Assembly: GCA_965603825.1 (NCBI GenBank) | Contig: CBFDEM010000040.1 | Span: forward strand, 1 to 64,000 | Reading direction: 5' to 3' | Length of the DNA stretch: 64,000 nt | Source of the DNA: Blepharisma stoltei ATCC 30299 | Lineage: Eukaryota; Protista; Ciliophora | Shown: positions 59,737-64,000 of the stretch, piece after piece | Numbering within the stretch: position 1 is the first letter of the stretch | How the letters are laid out: the number at the start of each line of letters is the position of its first letter | Translations under genes and position numbers: made by a program | The notes under the pieces: generated by a model | What the model was told of the DNA's origin: nothing | Seen by the model: the letters and a program-made list of their open reading frames with translations, nothing else | The model's database searches: none

Positions 59737-60621
59737 TTAAGCTTGAATAACTTCTTCATGGACTTGAGGAGAAACTTCAGAAATCGCTTCATGCGTGTCT
59801 TTGTCAAATCCTTTTACGTCTTTATCTTCTCTTTCAGGAGAGTTCAAAAAAGGAAACTGGCAGCTGAAAATTGCTGGGAAGTCTACTCTTAGTTTTCTCT
59901 TATTTTCTTGCCCTTGGCTGTCTTGGCCTTTCTTTGGGTATCCATTTGATCTTTGGTTGTAGCTTCTGTTATTTCCTCTATTATCGTCATTTTTCATGTA
60001 GTTGTCTCCGTTATTTTTATCAAAAAATTTCCCCCCATTTCTATTGTTTTGGAAGTTTTTGAAATATTTGCTGCTTATAGGCTCATGGATGTAGTTACGG
60101 TTACGGCTGAAGCTTCTTTGGGCTGACTGAGATCTTGCTTGTCTTCTGTCACCATTATCAGAGTTTCAGTCATTAGAACGATTTGAAGTCCAATTGTCAC
60201 TGGAGTTTTTAAAATTGTTGTCTCTTGGCTCTGATTTTCTGAAATTGTTAGAGCCAAAGTTTCTGTCGTCTCTCGGAGCAGATCTTCCTCTTTGAAAAGA
60301 CTGGTTATCTCTAGGCTCTGAAGCTCTGGAATAGTTACCCTGATTTCTGTCACGATTAAAAGTTGATGATTTCTCATTAGCAGGCTGATCTCTCTGGTTG
60401 TCGTAGCCGTCAACTTTTCTGCGCTTATAAGGGGCATCTTCAAAGTTTTGGCGTTGGTTATAGTTAGAATCTCCTCTATTTTTCCAATGATTATTTAGAT
60501 CTCTGGATGGTGACTCATGAATCATATGAGAAGAATTGTCCATTCCATAGCGTTGAGGGAATCTTCTTGATGATCCATAAGCTTGTCTGCTGTGGCTATT
60601 GTAATTGCGGTGACTGTCCAT
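59737..60621 (-). CDS. N/R/S/D-rich intrinsically disordered protein
   Basis: Track ORFs 60166-60621 and 59737-59997 share a frame via TGA. Recurrent (S)EPRDN / APRDD motifs. Confidence 0.7.
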
Positions 60622-61016
60622 TAAAGTTTATAATTGATTGTGAGGGGGTCTCAAAAAATCTTGTAAATTTATTCGAATTTCAAAAATAGCTGATTGGGGA
60701 ATCAGTATTAATAATGCCTCATATATAAATATAAGATAAGATCACCTTTTTTGAAGGATTTTATTGATTTTGAGCAGAAAGTCTGATGATAATGTGCACA
60801 TATTTATTTATAAATTTATTAAAACTTAAAAAAGTCTTAGCTTGGCTTAGCTAATTATTCGATAATTTATAATTCACTCTAACTCAGAATAATTATGTCT
60901 AAACTCTTATAAAATTTATTAAAATCCTTAATTCACATAAAACAATTATTTTATTTCAAAGCCAAACTCTATAATAAAATTCATCCTTATTATAATGCTT
61001 TTTTTAACTTTACCCT

Positions 61017-61544
61017 ATGAATTCCCACGTCCATTTTAATAATTATTCAAATATGATATCATCTTATTTCAGATATTGGTGCCACTCCTGTCTTCATGAA
61101 TTCCAGAACGCTAGTGAAATGATAAACTGCATATACTGTCAAAGTGAATATATTGAAGAAATTGACCCAAATGAGCCTCATCCTCAGCAGTTTGTGCCAG
61201 AAATGAATCGTCAACAAAACAGGCCTGTGGATCCAAGGATGAATTTTATGGTATTTGGGTTCCAGTTGGTTCCTCCAAACATCCAAGGCTTGATGTCTAT
61301 GTTTGGGGCCAATTCTGGTCCTTCACCTGCAAATGAAGCTGCAATTTCTAGATGCAGCACATTGAAATTTGAAGAACTTTCTGAGGATTGCTTAGACTGC
61401 CCAGTATGCAAAGATAATTTTACTAAGCAATCAGACCTTTTGAAACTTCCATGTAACCATATTTTCCATAAAGAATGCGTAGTAAATTGGCTTAAAAGAC
61501 GAAATAGCTGTCCAGTGTGTAGATTTGTGATACCTACTTCTTAA
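61017..61544 (+). CDS. RING-H2 E3 ligase, RNF126/RNF115-like
   Basis: N-terminal zinc ribbon RYWCHSC..CIYCQSEYIEE; RING-H2 CPVC..LPCNHIFHKECVVNWL..NSCPVCR. The start may instead be the ATG at 61053. Confidence 0.92.
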   Translation: MNSHVHFNNYSNMISSYFRYWCHSCLHEFQNASEMINCIYCQSEYIEEIDPNEPHPQQFVPEMNRQQNRPVDPRMNFMVFGFQLVPPNIQGLMSMFGANSGPSPANEAAISRCSTLKFEELSEDCLDCPVCKDNFTKQSDLLKLPCNHIFHKECVVNWLKRRNSCPVCRFVIPTS

Positions 61545-61574
61545 TGATATATTGAATAATAAAAATATTGTTAC

Positions 61575-62570
61575 TTAATATCGATTTTCTATAATATATG
61601 ATAATTCCAGGCAATCAGTTGCCACGTCTTCCCCCCACCCTCCCAAGCCAGATCGCTTACTCAGGTTTAGTTGTTTGTCCTCTTTAAATTTGCCTTTTTT
61701 GAAAGCTAGCGGGGGAATACTAGGAATTTTTGCTTTTTTCTTTAATTCGTTCACTGGTGTATCTTTTTTTGATTCGAAATTTCTTTCAATTCTACTTTCT
61801 GATGATCTTTCTAATCGTTTTCGACTTATTTTTTCTTTATGGAATTGAAATTCTTTAGTTTCTTTATTAGTGGTAGTTTTCGCTTGTAGTTTTTCTATTG
61901 TTGCACCTGCTTCTTCAGAAATATCAGAAAGTAAATTCGTAGAGAGGCCATTATGTAGAGGCTTATTTGATTTTTGTTCATTTAGGAATGAAAATTTAAA
62001 TAAATCTAAGTTTGAATTGGTATTTTTTCTGATCAGTTTTTCAGGTGAAACCGGCTTAAATTGGGACACACTTGATCGGTGTTTAATAAATTTATCCAAA
62101 GCATCCGCATCTGAGTTTTTGATTTTATGCACAAAAGATAGGCCATCGCCTAGCTTTATCGGTGGGAGTTTACGCGGAGATCGTTGCAAATTTTCTCGGG
62201 AGTTGCAGATATACGATTTTTTTTCAATAACAGGATTTTTCACAATTGAGGGATCATAAGATTTATAGTGTTTCTCCGAGGGGTTACTAGTCAGCTCTAC
62301 AAATGGTTTAGCTGAAGTTCCGGACGGATCTAAAATCTTGAAGACTTCGTTTCACTTGTTTGTAAAAAAAGGTGAAGTTACCAGCCCACTTGGCGTGGAT
62401 CGAAATCCTTTATTTGCATCAAATTTATCTTTTAATAGCAAATTATCTGTTGAACTAATAGCAGAGAGCGCTGTTCTTTTTAAAGGAGACAAGCTTGTAG
62501 TTATTTCTGGCTTGTTGATTGGCGTTTTTTTGTAGAGCAGCTTTTTATTAAGGCTTCTTCGCCTCTCCAT
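61575..62570 (-). CDS. Hypothetical basic, Ser-rich protein
   Basis: Two track ORFs share one frame via TGA 62352. Confidence 0.7.
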
Positions 62571-62882
62571 GGTGAGAATATTACCCTGATTATCAAATAC
62601 AATTTATGCATGCTATGAAGTTCAGCTACTTAGACAGTTAGAAAAGCATAATAAGTCATCAAAGAAATTCCTTTAAATATATAGAGAATTAAAAATCTTG
62701 TTAGCTGTTAATACCTATCATTATGATTCTTTATTTTAAATAAATAAAAATCATTACATTCCTCAGGTTTGATAATTTTAAAGAGTTATATTAAAAAATT
62801 CTAAATTATTTGTCGGTATAATTTACCTCAGAAAATCAGAAAGCTTGAAATGCACTTTTTGCTTAAATAACTAATTTTTATA

Positions 62883-63635
62883 TTAAGATACGTACCCCAG
62901 TATTGACTTGCAAACTTCACAACGGTGTACCAATTTTTTTTGTATTCATATCGGATTCGAGCAACACCCCATAGTTTTATACAAAAAATTCAAGAAAACT
63001 CCTTTAACTCCTCTTTCCTCTTTTAAAGAAATTTCTGAATTTACCAAAACTTCGCAGGTTCTGCAAAAGCATGCACAAGGAGATACCCCTAAAATGTCTA
63101 AATTTTGTATATAAGAGTCAGTAGATGTTTTAGTTTCATAGTACCCGAGTTCAAAAATATTGGGATTTATATTTTCATTTATATAAGAATTTTCATCAGA
63201 AAAACTTGCATTTCTTGATTGCTTTTCTTGAATTTCAAAATTCTGTAAAGATCGGACCAGATTTCTATCGACAATTTTATTGATTTGTGAAAATTCTTTG
63301 TTTTGTGCCGGAATAATAGAGCTTAAAGATACAAATCTTTGATTTTTGTTGTAAGAAAGGATTCTGCCAATACTATTCGGCTTAAGACTTTCTGTATTTG
63401 GACTAGGCAAAATATTTTCTATAGAAAATCCAAATTGGGAGACTGAGTCTTCTTTAGTCATTTCGTTTTCTTTGTTAGACACATTTTCAATTTCAATTGA
63501 TGAATTTTGAGATAATTTGCGCTTTTTATCAACAATAAAATTTTTGTAAGATGATTTCATTGATAAAAGTTTCGAATAGTGGGGTTCTCGTAGAGGAGAA
63601 ATTTCGAAGGATTGATTCCTATCAAGTGTTTCCAT
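62883..63635 (-). CDS. LITAF-like zinc-ribbon protein
   Basis: PCACFCRTC...GCC..PIW(TGA)...VHRCEVCKSILG; stop TAA at 62885-62883. Confidence 0.78.
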
Positions 63636-64000
63636 TTTATTCAAATTTAAATATTGAAAGCATAAATGTCACTGCGGATGCACTTTATGGAATATTAGGC
63701 TTAAAATGACTAAAAATCTTTATTTTGTGAATTATTTTATCTCCTGACCATATAACTAAATAGTTTTTACTAGAAAATATTTCTCTATGATTAATTACTA
63801 TCTTGGAGTTGTAATTATTATACTAAAAAAAGATATTAAGTTTGCTGAAGATAAAAATTATTTATATAATATCCAAGCTCTCCTATATTTAAAACCAATA
63901 CACCAATGCCGAAGAAAGCTACCAAAAATCTCCGCTTATTTTGCACAATCTAAAATTTTCCTCAGCTGTAACGAAATTCCTCTTCTCTCAACATCTAAAA

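Noticed and set aside
15276-62535. Numerous short antisense ORFs in the track
   Set aside because: They are shadows on the opposite strand of well-supported genes.
11306-63635. Many 'split' genes as pseudogenes or selenoprotein (UGA=Sec) genes
   Set aside because: Breaks are in-frame TGAs at conserved Trp positions or 15-16 nt introns.
63788-64000. Plus-strand frame open to the window edge
   Set aside because: Short, AT-rich, no motif; cannot be judged without downstream sequence.

Overview
This window is the left end of a ciliate somatic (macronuclear-type) chromosome, very probably from a Blepharisma-like heterotrich. Three features point there: a ~716 bp (CCCTAACA)n telomere, TGA read as Trp with TAA/TAG as stops (so the supplied ORF track splits many genes), and 15-16 nt GT-AG introns. 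The subtelomere (0.7-11.3 kb) is gene-poor and decayed. It holds an ORF whose stop codon comes from the telomere, a Cys-rich surface-protein gene with no ATG, and a head-to-tail duplicated unit of degenerate, internally deleted rDNA plus a kelch-like ORF. From 11.3 kb the region is very gene-dense: dymeclin, DHHC palmitoyltransferase, calcineurin A, a 2125-aa P4-ATPase/guanylyl cyclase, PH-FYVE, Rpt2, cyclin, START, tRNA-Leu, FAM135-like lipase, LC8, PLAC8, SH3, an ion-channel adenylyl cyclase, more Cys-rich surface proteins, DNase II, thioredoxin, an OTU deubiquitinase, TORTIFOLIA1-like, RING-H2 and LITAF. The most novel-looking item is a 315-aa protein that appears to fuse an RPA70 N-terminal OB fold to a Yippee/Mis18 zinc domain and a C-terminal coiled coil. 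All protein-family calls were made by eye from remembered motifs; no searches were run.
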